DNA of 56,404 nt from Sporichthyaceae bacterium (GCA_031394045.1 JANMWN010000092.1:1-56404), one strand, 5' to 3'. Numbered from the stretch's first letter, positions 34,264-44,526 are shown. Notes: generated by a model not told the origin, from the sequence alone. Numbers and translations: made by a program.

Positions 34264-35250
34264 GTGAGCGAGGCGAGCGCGGCGAACGACCTGCGTGAGG
34301 TCATCATCATCGGGTCCGGCCCAGCCGGCTACACCGCTGCGGTCTACGCCGCGAGGGCGAACCTGCGCCCCCTCGTCTTCGAGGGCTCGGTGACCGCAGG
34401 CGGGGCGCTGATGAACACCACCGACGTCGAGAACTTCCCGGGCTTCCCCAACGGCATCATGGGGCCGGACCTGATGGACAACCTGCGCCAGCAGGCCGAG
34501 CGGTTCGGCGCCGAGCTGATCGCCGACGACATCACCGAGGTCGACCTGACCGGCGACGTCAAGGTCGTCACGGACGGCTCCGGCGGTGTCCACCACGCCC
34601 GTACCGTCATCATCGCCACCGGGTCGAAGTACCGCGAGATCGGGCTGCCGAACGAGAAGCGGCTCTCCGGCCACGGCGTCTCCTGGTGCGCGACCTGCGA
34701 CGGGTTCTTCTTCCGCGACCAGGACATCGCCGTCGTCGGCGGCGGTGACTCGGCGCTCGAGGAGGCCACCTTCCTGACCCGTTTCGGCAAGTCGGTGACC
34801 CTGGTGCATCGTCGCGACTCGCTGCGGGCCTCCAAGATCATGCAGGACCGGGCCTTCGCCAACGACAAGATCTCGTTCGCCTGGAACAGCGAGGTCGTCG
34901 ACGTCCTCGGCGGCGACCGGATGACCGGCCTGCGCGTACGCGACACCAAGACCGGGCAGGAGCGCGACCTCGCGACCACCGGGTTGTTCGTCGCCATCGG
35001 TCATGACCCGCGCAGCGACATCCTCGTCGGCCAGGTCGACCTCGACGACGAGGGGTACGTAATCGTCGAGCACCCGAGCACCCGGACCAACCTGGCCGGG
35101 GTGTTCGCCTGCGGAGACGTCGTCGACCACCACTACCGGCAGGCCGTCACCGCAGCCGGCACCGGCTGCGCCGCCGCGCTCGACGCCGAGCGCTACCTCG
35201 CTGATGTCGCGGCAGCCCAGCCCGCCGAGGCCGTCCCGGCGCACAGCTGA
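34264..35250 (+). CDS. trxB: thioredoxin-disulfide reductase
   Basis: 328 aa. Motifs [12 protein letters not shown] (FAD), CATCDG redox centre, VVGGGDSA (NADPH). Confidence 0.95.
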   Translation: MSEASAANDLREVIIIGSGPAGYTAAVYAARANLRPLVFEGSVTAGGALMNTTDVENFPGFPNGIMGPDLMDNLRQQAERFGAELIADDITEVDLTGDVKVVTDGSGGVHHARTVIIATGSKYREIGLPNEKRLSGHGVSWCATCDGFFFRDQDIAVVGGGDSALEEATFLTRFGKSVTLVHRRDSLRASKIMQDRAFANDKISFAWNSEVVDVLGGDRMTGLRVRDTKTGQERDLATTGLFVAIGHDPRSDILVGQVDLDDEGYVIVEHPSTRTNLAGVFACGDVVDHHYRQAVTAAGTGCAAALDAERYLADVAAAQPAEAVPAHS

Positions 35251-35303
35251 CCCTTACCGCCCGTTCGCATCAACTCTCGACAAGCGCAAGGAAGGAACCT
35301 CCC

Positions 35304-35633
35304 GTGGGAGTCAACACCGCACCGGTGACCGACGCGTCGTGGGACGCCGACGTCCTCAAGAGTGACAAGCCCGTCCTGGTCGACTTCTGGGCGGAGTGGT
35401 GTGGCCCCTGCCGCGCCGTCGCCCCGATCCTCGAGGAGATCGCGGCCGAGAACCTCGACAAGCTGACGATCGTCAAGCTCAACGTCGACGAGAACCCGCG
35501 CACGTCGGCCTCGTACGGCATCACCTCGATCCCGACGATGGGCGTCTTCAAGGGCGGCGAGCTCGTCAAGCAGATCGTCGGCGCCAAGCCCAAGGCCGCA
35601 CTGCTCAAGGACCTGGCCGACTTCCTGGCCTGA
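35304..35633 (+). CDS. trxA: thioredoxin
   Basis: 109 aa with the WCGPC active site. GTG start preceded by AAGGAAGGA. Confidence 0.95.
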   Translation: MGVNTAPVTDASWDADVLKSDKPVLVDFWAEWCGPCRAVAPILEEIAAENLDKLTIVKLNVDENPRTSASYGITSIPTMGVFKGGELVKQIVGAKPKAALLKDLADFLA

Positions 35634-35741
35634 CCTGCTCGATCCCCCTCCCGGGGCGCGCCGCGGCTACCATTCCGTTTCGAGCCAGATCAGGAGCGAG
35701 CCGGGACCGGCGGGCCGACGGGAGAGGAGGGCGAGCAGCAG

Positions 35742-36905
35742 ATGTCCTTCCCCCTCTACCGGCTGGGTGACCGTGGGCCGGCCGTGGCCGAGATCCGGGC
35801 CCGGCTGGCCACGCTCGGGCTCCTGCCTGGTGGCGTGGACGAGCTGCGCGCCTCGTCCTTCGACACCGCCGCCTTCGACGAGGCGGTCGATGCGGCCGTA
35901 CGTGGCTTCCAGCAGGCGCGCGGTTCCAGCGTCGACGGCATCGTGGGTCCCCAGACCTGGCGACTGCTCGACGACGCGCGCTGGCGGCTCGGCGACCGCG
36001 TGCTGTGGTTCGCGCCCAGCCACCTGCTCAGCGGGGACGACGTCGCCGAGCTGCAGCAGCGCCTGCTGGGGCTCGGCTTCGACACCGGCCGCGCGGACGG
36101 CATCTTCGGGCGGGACACCGAGGCGGCCTTGCACGAGTTCCAGCGCAACGTGGGGATCCGGCCTGACGGCACGTGCGGCCCGGCGACCTTCAAGGCGCTC
36201 GCCCGGCTGACGCGTACGGTCGGCGGCGGGACCCCGTCAGCGCTGCGCGAGGCCGAGGCGATCCGCCGCAGCGGCCCCACCCTGGCCGGCAAGGTCGTCG
36301 TCATCGACCCAGGCCACGGGGGCGCCGACCTGGGCAACACCGGGCACGGGCTGGTCGAGGCCGACCTCGCCCAGGACCTCGCCGCCCGGGTCGAGGGTCG
36401 GCTGACCGCCACCGGCGTCACGGCGTACCTCAGCCGTGGCCGCCTCGCCGCGGACGAGCCGCCACCAGACGAATCGGCCCGCGCCGCGACCGCCAACTCC
36501 CTCGGCGCCGACCTGCTCATCTCGCTGCACATGGACACCTGCCCGTCGGCGGCGGCGAACGGCGCGGCGACGTACTTCTTCGGCCACCGCGAGCTCGGCA
36601 CCCGCTCGGCGGTGGGGGCGCGCTTCGCCGACCTGCTCCAGCGCGAGCTCACCGCGCGTACCGACCTGCTCGACTGCGGGACGCACGAGAAGACCTGGGA
36701 CCTGCTGCGCCGTACCCGGATGCCCGCGGTACGCCTCGAGCTGGGTTACCTCACCCACCCGGGCGACGCCGCCCGACTGGCTGACCCCGGGTTCCGTGAC
36801 GTCGTGGCCGAGGCGGTCGTCGCCGCGGTGCAGCGGCTCTACCTGCCACCCGACGAGGACGCGCCGACCGGCAGCATCCGGCTGCCCGACCTCGTCGGCG
36901 GCTGA
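35742..36905 (+). CDS. cwlM: N-acetylmuramoyl-L-alanine amidase-like protein with two PG-binding domains (CwlM)
   Basis: 387 aa. Two PG_binding_1 repeats (GDRGPAVAEIRARL; GDDVAELQQRL) and an Amidase_3 domain (VVIDPGHGG). Position of Rv3915. Confidence 0.85.
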   Translation: MSFPLYRLGDRGPAVAEIRARLATLGLLPGGVDELRASSFDTAAFDEAVDAAVRGFQQARGSSVDGIVGPQTWRLLDDARWRLGDRVLWFAPSHLLSGDDVAELQQRLLGLGFDTGRADGIFGRDTEAALHEFQRNVGIRPDGTCGPATFKALARLTRTVGGGTPSALREAEAIRRSGPTLAGKVVVIDPGHGGADLGNTGHGLVEADLAQDLAARVEGRLTATGVTAYLSRGRLAADEPPPDESARAATANSLGADLLISLHMDTCPSAAANGAATYFFGHRELGTRSAVGARFADLLQRELTARTDLLDCGTHEKTWDLLRRTRMPAVRLELGYLTHPGDAARLADPGFRDVVAEAVVAAVQRLYLPPDEDAPTGSIRLPDLVGG

Positions 36906-36934
36906 CCGCAGCCGACCGCCCCGCCGGGCGCCGG

Positions 36935-37573
36935 TCAGCGCTCGCTGGACGAGACCGCCTGCCGGGCTCCCGCGGGGAACGGGTGGACCACGCCCACCAG
37001 CCGTCCCCAGGCCTCCCAGGCTCCCTCGGCGTCCTTGCGCCAGGTGAGCGCCGCCCGCAGGTCCAGCCGAAGCCGTGGATGCCGAGAATGGTCACGCACA
37101 GTGACGAAGCCGACCGCCTCGAGGAAGCCGACCGGCAGCACGCAGCCGGATTCCTGCGCGCCGTACGCCTCGATCGCCTTGACCCCCCGTTTGAGCAGGT
37201 CCTTGGCGGTCGTCTGGACCAGCACCCGGCCGAGCCCGGCGCCGCGGAAGTCCGGCTCCACCCGCAGGGTCATCAGCAGCACCGCGTCCGAACTGACCGG
37301 TGCGGTGGGGAAGGCGGCGGCCCTCGGGACGTACGCCGGTGGGGCATACAGGGCTAACCCGGCCGGCCGGTCGTCGACGTAGGCGACCAGGCCGCACGGT
37401 CCCCAACCGGCGGTGGTCTTGGCCACCCAGGCCCGCTTGGCCACGGCAGCGGGCGCCGGCTCGTCGCTCGCGTACCGGTTTCCCGGCCCGAGCTCCCAGA
37501 ACGCGCACGAGGCACACGGGTCGAGCAGGTCGGGCAGGGTCTCGGTCGTGAGGGGCACGATCCGCCGGGCCAT
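36935..37573 (-). CDS. GNAT-family N-acetyltransferase
   Basis: 212 aa with acetyl-CoA loop RVEPDFRGAGLGRVLV. Convergent with cwlM. Confidence 0.75.
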   Translation of the reverse strand: MARRIVPLTTETLPDLLDPCASCAFWELGPGNRYASDEPAPAAVAKRAWVAKTTAGWGPCGLVAYVDDRPAGLALYAPPAYVPRAAAFPTAPVSSDAVLLMTLRVEPDFRGAGLGRVLVQTTAKDLLKRGVKAIEAYGAQESGCVLPVGFLEAVGFVTVRDHSRHPRLRLDLRAALTWRKDAEGAWEAWGRLVGVVHPFPAGARQAVSSSER

Positions 37574-37585
37574 GGTCCGGCCCGC

Positions 37586-37747
37586 TCAGACGGTCTCGCG
37601 CCGGACGGCGCGGTGGTCGGCCGACGGCAAGGGGGCCCGGTAGCCGGAGCTGCCGGCCACGTTCGTACGCGGCCGCATCAGCTCGGCAGCGAACGCGGCG
37701 GCGGCGCCCACCAGCAGGGCCAGCAGCGCCCAGCGAACCAGCTTCAA
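37586..37747 (-). CDS. possible 53-aa single-TM peptide
   Basis: TTG 37747 with GGAGG 6 nt upstream, giving MKLVRWALLALLVGAAAAFAAELM.... Lies inside track ORF 37586..37822. No recognisable family. Confidence 0.3.
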   Translation of the reverse strand: MKLVRWALLALLVGAAAAFAAELMRPRTNVAGSSGYRAPLPSADHRAVRRETV

Positions 37748-37894
37748 CCGCCACCTCCGGGGGGTCGCGCCGCAGGGCCGGTGCGGAGTACGGCACCCTG
37801 GACACCAGCGGACACTAGGCACTCTAGGCCGGACGGCGGCCGGCGTGCGCAGAGCGGGACGAAAGATCGGGCGGAGGTCGGCGAAGTGAGTGAG

Positions 37895-39244
37895 ATGGCG
37901 CGCGGCTCACGGCTGGACCCCTTCATCGACCTGTACGCCGAGCGGGCCCGCACGATGATCGCCTCGGAGATCCGGGCACTGTTCTCGGTGGCCTCGCGGC
38001 CCGAGGTCGTGTCGCTCGCCGGCGGCATGCCGTACGTCTCCGCGCTGCCGCTCGACCTGGTCGCCGACACCTTCCACAAGCTGATCGCCACCCGGGGGGC
38101 AGCGGCCCTGCAGTACGGCTCCGGCCAAGGCGCCGTCACGCTTCGGGAGCAGATCGCGGCACTGATGATGCCGCCGGTCGGGGTGACTGCGCACCCCGAC
38201 GACGTCGTCGTGACCGTCGGGTCGCAGCAGGCGCTGGACCTCGTGACGCGCATCCTCTGCGACCCGGGTGACGTCATCGTCGCGGAGGCCCCGTCGTACG
38301 TCGGGGCGCTGTCGGTGTTCGCCGCGTACCAGACCCGTGTCGTGCACGTCGCGATGGACGAGCAGGGCCTGGTGCCCGAGGCTCTGCGAGAGACGCTGAC
38401 CAGGCTGGCCGGCGAGGGCCGCAGGCCCAAGTTCCTCTACACGGTCCCGTCCTTCCACAACCCGGCCGGTGTCACGCAGGGGCCCGCCCGCCGGCTCGAG
38501 GTTCTCGCGCTGTGCCAGTCGTTCGGCGTACCCGTGCTCGAGGACGACCCTTATGCCCTGCTCGGGTTCGACGGGGTGGTCCCCCGTGCGCTGCGCGCGG
38601 ACGACGGCCAGGGGGTGCTCTACCTCGGCTCGTTCTCCAAGACCTTCGCCTCGGGGCTGCGCGTCGGCTGGGTGGTCGCACCCCATGGCGTACGCGAGAA
38701 GCTGGTCCTGGCCGCCGAGGCCTCCGTCCTCTGCCCGTCCGAGCTGAGCCAGCTGGCGGTGTCGGCGTACCTGGCCGAGCAGCCCTGGTGGGACCAGGTC
38801 AAGGTGTTCCGCGAGCTGTACCGCGAGCGCCGGGACGCCCTGCTCGACGCCATGGCCGCGCAGCTGCCCGCGGGCACGACGTGGACCGTGCCCGAGGGCG
38901 GCTTCTACTCCTGGGTCACCCTGCCCGAGGGCCTGGACGCGACCACGATGCTGCCGCGCGCGGTCACCGCGCGGGTGGCGTACGTGCCGGGCACCGCGTT
39001 CTACGCAGGCGACGCGAAGTCGCTCGGTCGCAGCACCATGCGGCTGTCGTACTGCTACCCGGAGCCGGACCGGATCCGCGAGGGGGTCCGCCGGTTGGCT
39101 TCGGTCATCGAAGGAGAGCTGGAGCTGATGGCCACGTTCGGCTCTGGCGGTACCCGACCTGACGGCGCCGATGGTGGGTCGGGCGGTGCACCGTCCACGC
39201 ACGGCGGCTCCCCCTCCGACGTACCCGGGCCGGCGACCGCGTGA
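37895..39244 (+). CDS. PLP-dependent aminotransferase, class I/II (fold type I)
   Basis: 449 aa from ATG 37895 (GTG 37886 possible). PLP-lysine motif GSFSKTF and NPAG. Gly/Ser-rich C-terminal tail. ORF 37613..39244 is an over-extension. Confidence 0.85.
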   Translation: MARGSRLDPFIDLYAERARTMIASEIRALFSVASRPEVVSLAGGMPYVSALPLDLVADTFHKLIATRGAAALQYGSGQGAVTLREQIAALMMPPVGVTAHPDDVVVTVGSQQALDLVTRILCDPGDVIVAEAPSYVGALSVFAAYQTRVVHVAMDEQGLVPEALRETLTRLAGEGRRPKFLYTVPSFHNPAGVTQGPARRLEVLALCQSFGVPVLEDDPYALLGFDGVVPRALRADDGQGVLYLGSFSKTFASGLRVGWVVAPHGVREKLVLAAEASVLCPSELSQLAVSAYLAEQPWWDQVKVFRELYRERRDALLDAMAAQLPAGTTWTVPEGGFYSWVTLPEGLDATTMLPRAVTARVAYVPGTAFYAGDAKSLGRSTMRLSYCYPEPDRIREGVRRLASVIEGELELMATFGSGGTRPDGADGGSGGAPSTHGGSPSDVPGPATA

Positions 39245-40200
39245 GCGCCCGCGTGGTCGTCCTCGCCGGCGGCCTCTCGCACGAGCGGGACGTATCGCTG
39301 CGATCGGGCCGAAGGGTCGCAGAAGCGTTGCGCAGCACTGGGATCGAGGTCTCCCTGGCCGACGTCGACGCGGCGCTGCTCCCGGCTCTGGCGGCGGATC
39401 CGCCGACCGTCGTCATCCCGCTGCTGCACGGCGCGACCGGCGAAGACGGCGCGCTCCGGGACGTGCTGGCGATGCTCGCGCTTCCGTACGTCGGCTCGGG
39501 ACCGGACGCGTGCCGGGTGGCCTTCGACAAACCCAGCGCCAAGTCCGCCGTGTCCGCCGCAGGTCTGGCCACACCGGCGTCGGTGGTGCTGCCGCAGACG
39601 ACGTTCCGCGAGCTTGGGGCAACGGCGGTGATGGGCGCGCTGATCGACACCCTCGGGCTGCCCCTGATGGTCAAGCCGGCTCGCGGCGGCTCCTCGCTCG
39701 GCGCGGCTGTGGTGCGTACGACCGCCGAGCTGCCCGCCGCGATGGTGGGGTGCTTCTCGTACGGCGACACGGCGTTGGTCGAGCAGTTCGTGGCCGGCAC
39801 CGAGGTGGCGGTGTCCGTGATCGAGACCGAGGGTGGCGTGCTCCCCCTGCCTCTGGTGGAGATCGTGCCCGATGGCGGGTTCTACGACTACTCCGCGCGC
39901 TACACCGCGGGCGCGACCGAGTTCTTCGCGCCGGCCCGGCTCAGCGTCGAGGTGGCCGCGGCCTGCGCGGCGATGGCAGTCAACGCGCACCAGGTGCTGC
40001 ACCTGCGCGACCTGTCGCGTACTGACCTGATCGTCGACCACACCGGTGCGCCCTGGTTCTTGGAGGTCAACGTGGCGCCCGGGATGACCGAGACCTCGCT
40101 CTTCCCCCAGGCCGCTGAGGCCGCGGGTCTGGACCTCGGGACGCTGTGGCACGGCCTGGTCGACCGGGCGGTGGCGCGAAACCGGCACAGCCAGAGCTGA
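39241..40200 (+). CDS. ddl: D-alanine--D-alanine ligase family ATP-grasp enzyme (short DdlB type)
   Basis: 319 aa, VVVLAGGLSHERDVSLRSG...LHGATGEDGALRDVL...PLMVKPARGGSSLG...EVNVAPGMT. GTG 39241 overlaps the aminotransferase stop (GTGA). Confidence 0.85.
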   Translation: MSARVVVLAGGLSHERDVSLRSGRRVAEALRSTGIEVSLADVDAALLPALAADPPTVVIPLLHGATGEDGALRDVLAMLALPYVGSGPDACRVAFDKPSAKSAVSAAGLATPASVVLPQTTFRELGATAVMGALIDTLGLPLMVKPARGGSSLGAAVVRTTAELPAAMVGCFSYGDTALVEQFVAGTEVAVSVIETEGGVLPLPLVEIVPDGGFYDYSARYTAGATEFFAPARLSVEVAAACAAMAVNAHQVLHLRDLSRTDLIVDHTGAPWFLEVNVAPGMTETSLFPQAAEAAGLDLGTLWHGLVDRAVARNRHSQS

Positions 40201-40270
40201 CGGCCGGTCGTAGCAATCAGTCGGTTTGTCGACTCAGCGCCTTGATATCAGGGCCTGTCGCTGCCGCGGC

Positions 40271-41218
40271 TCAGCTGTGCGGGTCCGGCTCGATCTGGGC
40301 CAGGATCCGGTGCAAGTCCTCGAGCGAGCCGAACTCGATGGTGATCTTGCCCTTGGTCCGGCCGACGTCGAGGCGCACCCGGGTCTCGAACCGGTCGGAG
40401 AGCCGAGCCGCGATCTCGGTCAGGCCCGGTGCGGTGGGCCTTCTTGTCCTGGTATGCGGCTTTCGTTCTTGATCGGATTCGTCACCGAGAGTGACGATCT
40501 CCTCGACTGCCCGGACCGACAGCCCTTCGGCCACGATCCGGTGCGCGAGCCGGTCCTGCGCTTCCGGGCTGGCCATCCCGAGCAGTGCCCTGGCGTGGCC
40601 CGCCGAGAGCACCCCGGCCGCAACCCTGCGCTGAACGGCCGTCGGGAGCTTGAGCAGGCGCAGCGTGTTGGAGATCTGCGGCCGGGAGCGACCGATCCGG
40701 TGGGCCAGCTCCTCGTGGGTACAACCGAAGTCCTGCAGCAGCTGGTCGTACGCCGCAGCCTCCTCGAGCGCGTTCAGCTGACTGCGGTGCAGGTTCTCCA
40801 GCAGGGCATCGCGGAGCAGGTCCTCGTCGCCGGTCTCGCGCACGATCGCCGGGATCGCCTCGAGCCCGGCCATCTTGGCCGCGCGCCAGCGGCGCTCACC
40901 CATCACCAGCTCGTAACCGCCGGGGCCGACCGGGCGCACGACCACCGGCTGCAGCAGCCCGATCTCGCGGATCGAGTGGACCAGCTCGGCCAGCGCCTCC
41001 TCGTCGAACGCCGTCCGCGGCTGCCGCGGGTTGGGCGCGATCGCGTCGATCGGGATCTCGGCGAAGTGCGCGGACAGCACCGGGCCACCGTCGGGGCCGG
41101 TCACCGGCTCGATCAGGCTGGGCCGCCGGTCATCGGCCGCCGGCTCGGACGGGATCAGCGCACCGAGCCCACGACCCAACCCGCCACGACGTACGTTCAC
41201 GGGCTTCTCCTGCCTCAT
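40271..41218 (-). CDS. parB: chromosome partitioning protein ParB
   Basis: 315 aa. [10 protein letters not shown] box, ParB N-domain (PRQPR, GERRWRA), HTH. Confidence 0.95.
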   Translation of the reverse strand: MRQEKPVNVRRGGLGRGLGALIPSEPAADDRRPSLIEPVTGPDGGPVLSAHFAEIPIDAIAPNPRQPRTAFDEEALAELVHSIREIGLLQPVVVRPVGPGGYELVMGERRWRAAKMAGLEAIPAIVRETGDEDLLRDALLENLHRSQLNALEEAAAYDQLLQDFGCTHEELAHRIGRSRPQISNTLRLLKLPTAVQRRVAAGVLSAGHARALLGMASPEAQDRLAHRIVAEGLSVRAVEEIVTLGDESDQERKPHTRTRRPTAPGLTEIAARLSDRFETRVRLDVGRTKGKITIEFGSLEDLHRILAQIEPDPHS

Positions 41219-42177
41219 CCGGACGGCTCGACCTGGCGAGCGAGCTCTCGGGCAGCCTCGAAGTAGCAGAGGGCACCGCTGGAACCCGGATCGTAGGTCA
41301 TCACGGTCTGACCGTAGCTGGGCGCCTCGCTCACCCGGACCGACCGGGGGATCAGCGTCTTGAGCACCTGCTCCCCGAAGTGCGAGCGCACCTCATCGGC
41401 GACCTGCGCGGCCAGCCGGGTCCGGGCGTCGTACATCGTGAGCAAGATCGTCGAGATGTGCAGGCGCGGGTTGAGGTGGGCCTTGACCAGCTCCACGTTG
41501 CGGACCAGCTGACCGAGCCCCTCGAGGGCGTAGTACTCGCACTGGATCGGGATGAAGACCTCTTCGGCCGCGACCATTGCGTTCACGGTCAGCAGGCCGA
41601 GCGAGGGTGGGCAGTCGATCAGGATGTAGTCGAGCCGAGCGCCTTCCGGGTCGTACGCCTCAAGTGCCCGCAGCAGGCGGGACTCCCGAGCGACCAGTGA
41701 GACCAGCTCGATCTCCGCGCCGGCCAGATCGATCGTCGCCGGCGCCGCGAACAGGCCGGGGATCCCGGGGACCGGCTGCACGACCGATGCCAGCGCGGCT
41801 CCCTCGACCAGAACCTCGTAGATGCTCGGGGTACCAGCCGGGTGGGGGATCCCGAGCGCAGTCGAGGCATTGCCCTGCGGATCGAGGTCGAGCACGAGAA
41901 CCTGCAGGCCGTGCAGCGCGAGCGCCGCGGCAATGTTGACGGTCGTCGTGGTCTTTCCGACTCCGCCCTTCTGGTTCGCCACGGTCAGTACCCGGGTCCG
42001 GTCCGGCCGGGGAAGGTCGCCGGCACTGCCATTCATGACCTGAACGGCCGTGGCCGCCGCGCGGGCGATCGGGGTGTCGTCGCTCGCCGTGGGCTCCTCC
42101 TCGTCTGTTTCACGTGAAACAACGAGCTCCAGCACGCGGGTGGGCTGTTCCGCCTGCTCTGGGCCTGACCCACTCAC
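41215..42177 (-). CDS. parA: chromosome partitioning ATPase ParA/Soj
   Basis: 320 aa with deviant Walker [15 protein letters not shown] 42177 overlaps the rsmG stop, and its own stop overlaps the parB ATG. Confidence 0.95.
   Translation of the reverse strand: MSGSGPEQAEQPTRVLELVVSRETDEEEPTASDDTPIARAAATAVQVMNGSAGDLPRPDRTRVLTVANQKGGVGKTTTTVNIAAALALHGLQVLVLDLDPQGNASTALGIPHPAGTPSIYEVLVEGAALASVVQPVPGIPGLFAAPATIDLAGAEIELVSLVARESRLLRALEAYDPEGARLDYILIDCPPSLGLLTVNAMVAAEEVFIPIQCEYYALEGLGQLVRNVELVKAHLNPRLHISTILLTMYDARTRLAAQVADEVRSHFGEQVLKTLIPRSVRVSEAPSYGQTVMTYDPGSSGALCYFEAARELARQVEPSG
42106..42121. promoter_or_regulatory. parS site 1
   Basis: Perfect 16-bp palindrome tgtttcacgtgaaaca matching the canonical parS. 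Lies inside the parA N-terminal coding region (codons V-S-R-E-T). Confidence 0.85.
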
Positions 42178-42878
42178 AGCCGACCACCCTTCTTTCGGTT
42201 CCGGACCGGGCGAATCTTGGCCGCCGGATCCCGCACGACACGGACGACAGTCGTCGGCGGATCGACCACGCCTGCTCCCACAGTCAGCACCTCGCAGTCA
42301 CGGCCGCCCACCCTCCGGATTGCAGCGGCGTGCTCGACCAGCTCGTCCGTCGCGCTCGCGCCCTTCAACGCAAGCAGGACACCGCCCGGCCGAAGCAACG
42401 GCAGGCACCAGCCGGCCAACCGGTGCATCGGTGCCACCGCCCGCGCCGTCACCACGTCCGCGCCAGCACCAACCCGGTCCTCAGCGCGCTGCCGTACGAC
42501 GGTCACGTTGGGCAGACCTAGTTCCACGCGCACCTCGTCGAGGAAGACCGACCGTCGCAGCAGCGGCTCCACCAGCGTGATCTTCAGGTCGGGACGGCAC
42601 AGGGCGAGCACGATACCGGGCAGCCCGGCCCCGCTGCCGACATCATCCACAGCCGCCCCCACGGGGATCAGCTCGGCGATCACCGCGCAGTTGAGCAGGT
42701 GGCGCTCCCACAACCGGGGGACCTCACGCGGACCGATCAGGCCGCGTTCCACTCCGTCATCGGCGAGCAGCCCTGCGTACGCAGCCATCCGGTCGATCCC
42801 GGCGCCGAAGAACTCCACCGCTGCCGCCGATGGAGCGGGCGCCAGCACCGTTTCACGTGAAACGTGAACCTCGGTCAC
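42174..42878 (-). CDS. rsmG: 16S rRNA (guanine527-N7)-methyltransferase
   Basis: 234 aa, RLWERHLLNC...DVGSGAGLPGIVLA. Confidence 0.9.
   Translation of the reverse strand: MTEVHVSRETVLAPAPSAAAVEFFGAGIDRMAAYAGLLADDGVERGLIGPREVPRLWERHLLNCAVIAELIPVGAAVDDVGSGAGLPGIVLALCRPDLKITLVEPLLRRSVFLDEVRVELGLPNVTVVRQRAEDRVGAGADVVTARAVAPMHRLAGWCLPLLRPGGVLLALKGASATDELVEHAAAIRRVGGRDCEVLTVGAGVVDPPTTVVRVVRDPAAKIRPVRNRKKGGRL
42849..42864. promoter_or_regulatory. parS site 2
   Basis: cgtttcacgtgaaacg, with a perfect 14-bp core gtttcacgtgaaac. Lies inside the rsmG N-terminal codons (again V-S-R-E-T). Confidence 0.8.
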
Positions 42879-43534
42879 GCCGGGCGAACCACCACGTACC
42901 GCATCGGCTCCACGCCCTCGGACTCACTGACGAGGCCAGCTGCGGCGACCGCGTCGTGCACGATCTTGCGCTCAAAGGGGGTCATCGCGGGCAGCGAGAC
43001 CGGCTCGCTTGAGCTCTTCGCCTTCTCGGCTGCCTCGGTGCCGATCACGGTCAGCTCGACCCGGCGGCGGGCCCGGTGGCCTTCGATGTCGAGCATCAGC
43101 CGGCTGCGCTCGCCGGTCTCGCGGAGCACGGCAAGCCTGGTGAGCTCCTGCAAGGCGTCCAGCACCTCGCCGTTGCGCCCGACCAGATGTCCGAGGTCAC
43201 CGCCGGCGATGGACACCGCGGCCCGGTCGCCCTCGACGTCCATGTCGATGTCCCCATCGAGGTCGGCGATGTCCAGCAGGCCCTCGAGGTAGTCCGCGGC
43301 GATGTCGCCCTCCTGCACCAGGTGGGCGTTCGGCCCGGTGCGGCGGGCGTCACCGGAGTCGGCAGCGTCACCGGAGTCGGCGCGCGCGCTCTCAACCGGT
43401 CCCGAGCTGTCAGTCAGGTCTGCGCTGTCAGCTGGGGCGGCTTCAGCGCTCTCGGACGTGTCGTCGGGAGCGGTCGCGTCCAGGACGGCGGGCTGGGTCG
43501 ATTCGGTCAAGGGTGGCTCCCAGGCTAGGGGCAC
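42875..43534 (-). CDS. jag: Jag/KhpB-type RNA-binding protein (KH + R3H domains)
   Basis: Acidic low-complexity N-terminus, then KH-like (GHLVGRNGEVLDALQ) and R3H (ERKIVHDAV) regions. Start is GTG 43534 or TTG 43510 (GGGAG 6 nt upstream). Confidence 0.8.
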   Translation of the reverse strand: MPLAWEPPLTESTQPAVLDATAPDDTSESAEAAPADSADLTDSSGPVESARADSGDAADSGDARRTGPNAHLVQEGDIAADYLEGLLDIADLDGDIDMDVEGDRAAVSIAGGDLGHLVGRNGEVLDALQELTRLAVLRETGERSRLMLDIEGHRARRRVELTVIGTEAAEKAKSSSEPVSLPAMTPFERKIVHDAVAAAGLVSESEGVEPMRYVVVRPA

Positions 43535-43587
43535 GGCGGGCGTGCGGGTGGACCCGGTGCGGCGCTGGCGCGCCCCCGGGCCGCGGG

Positions 43588-44526
43588 TCAGGTGGAGTTC
43601 TTCGGTGGCCCGGTGCGCTTGGCCCGCGGCTCACGCTTGGGCTGCTGACGTACCGGCTTGGGCTCGGGGATCGGCGCCTTCTCCAGCGAGACGGCGGGGT
43701 CGGCCGCGGCCTTCGCGGCCGTTCGTTCGGCATTGCGTTTGTCCAGGGCTTCGGCCGCTGCGCTTCCAGGGGTGGGGTTGCGCCGGATCACGTAGAACTG
43801 CTGCCCCATGGTCCACAGGTTGGTGGTCAGCCAGTAGATCAGGACGCCGATCGGGAAGTTGATGCCGAAGACGGCGAACATTGCCGGGAAGACGTACAGC
43901 AGGATCTTCTGCTGCTGCATCATCGGGTTGGCCTGGCCGAGCGGCTGGTTCTTGACCATCAGCTGACGCTGGGTGGTGAAGGTCGTGGCCGTCATCAGCA
44001 GGATCATCACCGCCGCGACGATGCGCGTGGTCGTCGAGCCCTCGTTGTGGATGAAGCTGTGCGAGATCGGCGCACCGAAGACGGTCGCGGCCCGAGCCTG
44101 GTTGACCGTGGCCTGGTCAAGCACCCCGACGACCGAGCCCATGGCGATGTACGACAGCACGTGGAAGAGCGCGAAGAAGAACGGCGACTGGACCAGGATC
44201 GGCAGGCAGCTCGAGAGCGGGTTGGTGCCCGTCTCCTTGTACAGCTTCATCATCTCTTCGGACTGCTTCTGGCGGTCGTTCTTGTACTTGGTCTGGATCG
44301 CCTTCATCTGCGGCTGAAGTACTTGGAGACCCCGCTGGGCCTTGATCTGCTTGACGAACAGCGGGATCAGCGCGATCCGGATCACCACCACGAGCATCAC
44401 GATCGACAGCGCCCAGGCGGCGCCGCTCGCCGGGTCGAAGATGTGGCTCCAGGCCTTGTGGAAGAACAGCAGTACCCAGGAGACCGCGTTGTAGAGCGGG
44501 TTGAGCAGGGTGTTGAGCGGTCCCAC
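43588..44526 (-). CDS. yidC: membrane protein insertase YidC
   Basis: 312 aa with the 60-kDa inner-membrane insertase core ([11 protein letters not shown]...[12 protein letters not shown]). Lys/Pro-rich tail. Confidence 0.9.
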   Translation of the reverse strand: MGPLNTLLNPLYNAVSWVLLFFHKAWSHIFDPASGAAWALSIVMLVVVIRIALIPLFVKQIKAQRGLQVLQPQMKAIQTKYKNDRQKQSEEMMKLYKETGTNPLSSCLPILVQSPFFFALFHVLSYIAMGSVVGVLDQATVNQARAATVFGAPISHSFIHNEGSTTTRIVAAVMILLMTATTFTTQRQLMVKNQPLGQANPMMQQQKILLYVFPAMFAVFGINFPIGVLIYWLTTNLWTMGQQFYVIRRNPTPGSAAAEALDKRNAERTAAKAAADPAVSLEKAPIPEPKPVRQQPKREPRAKRTGPPKNST

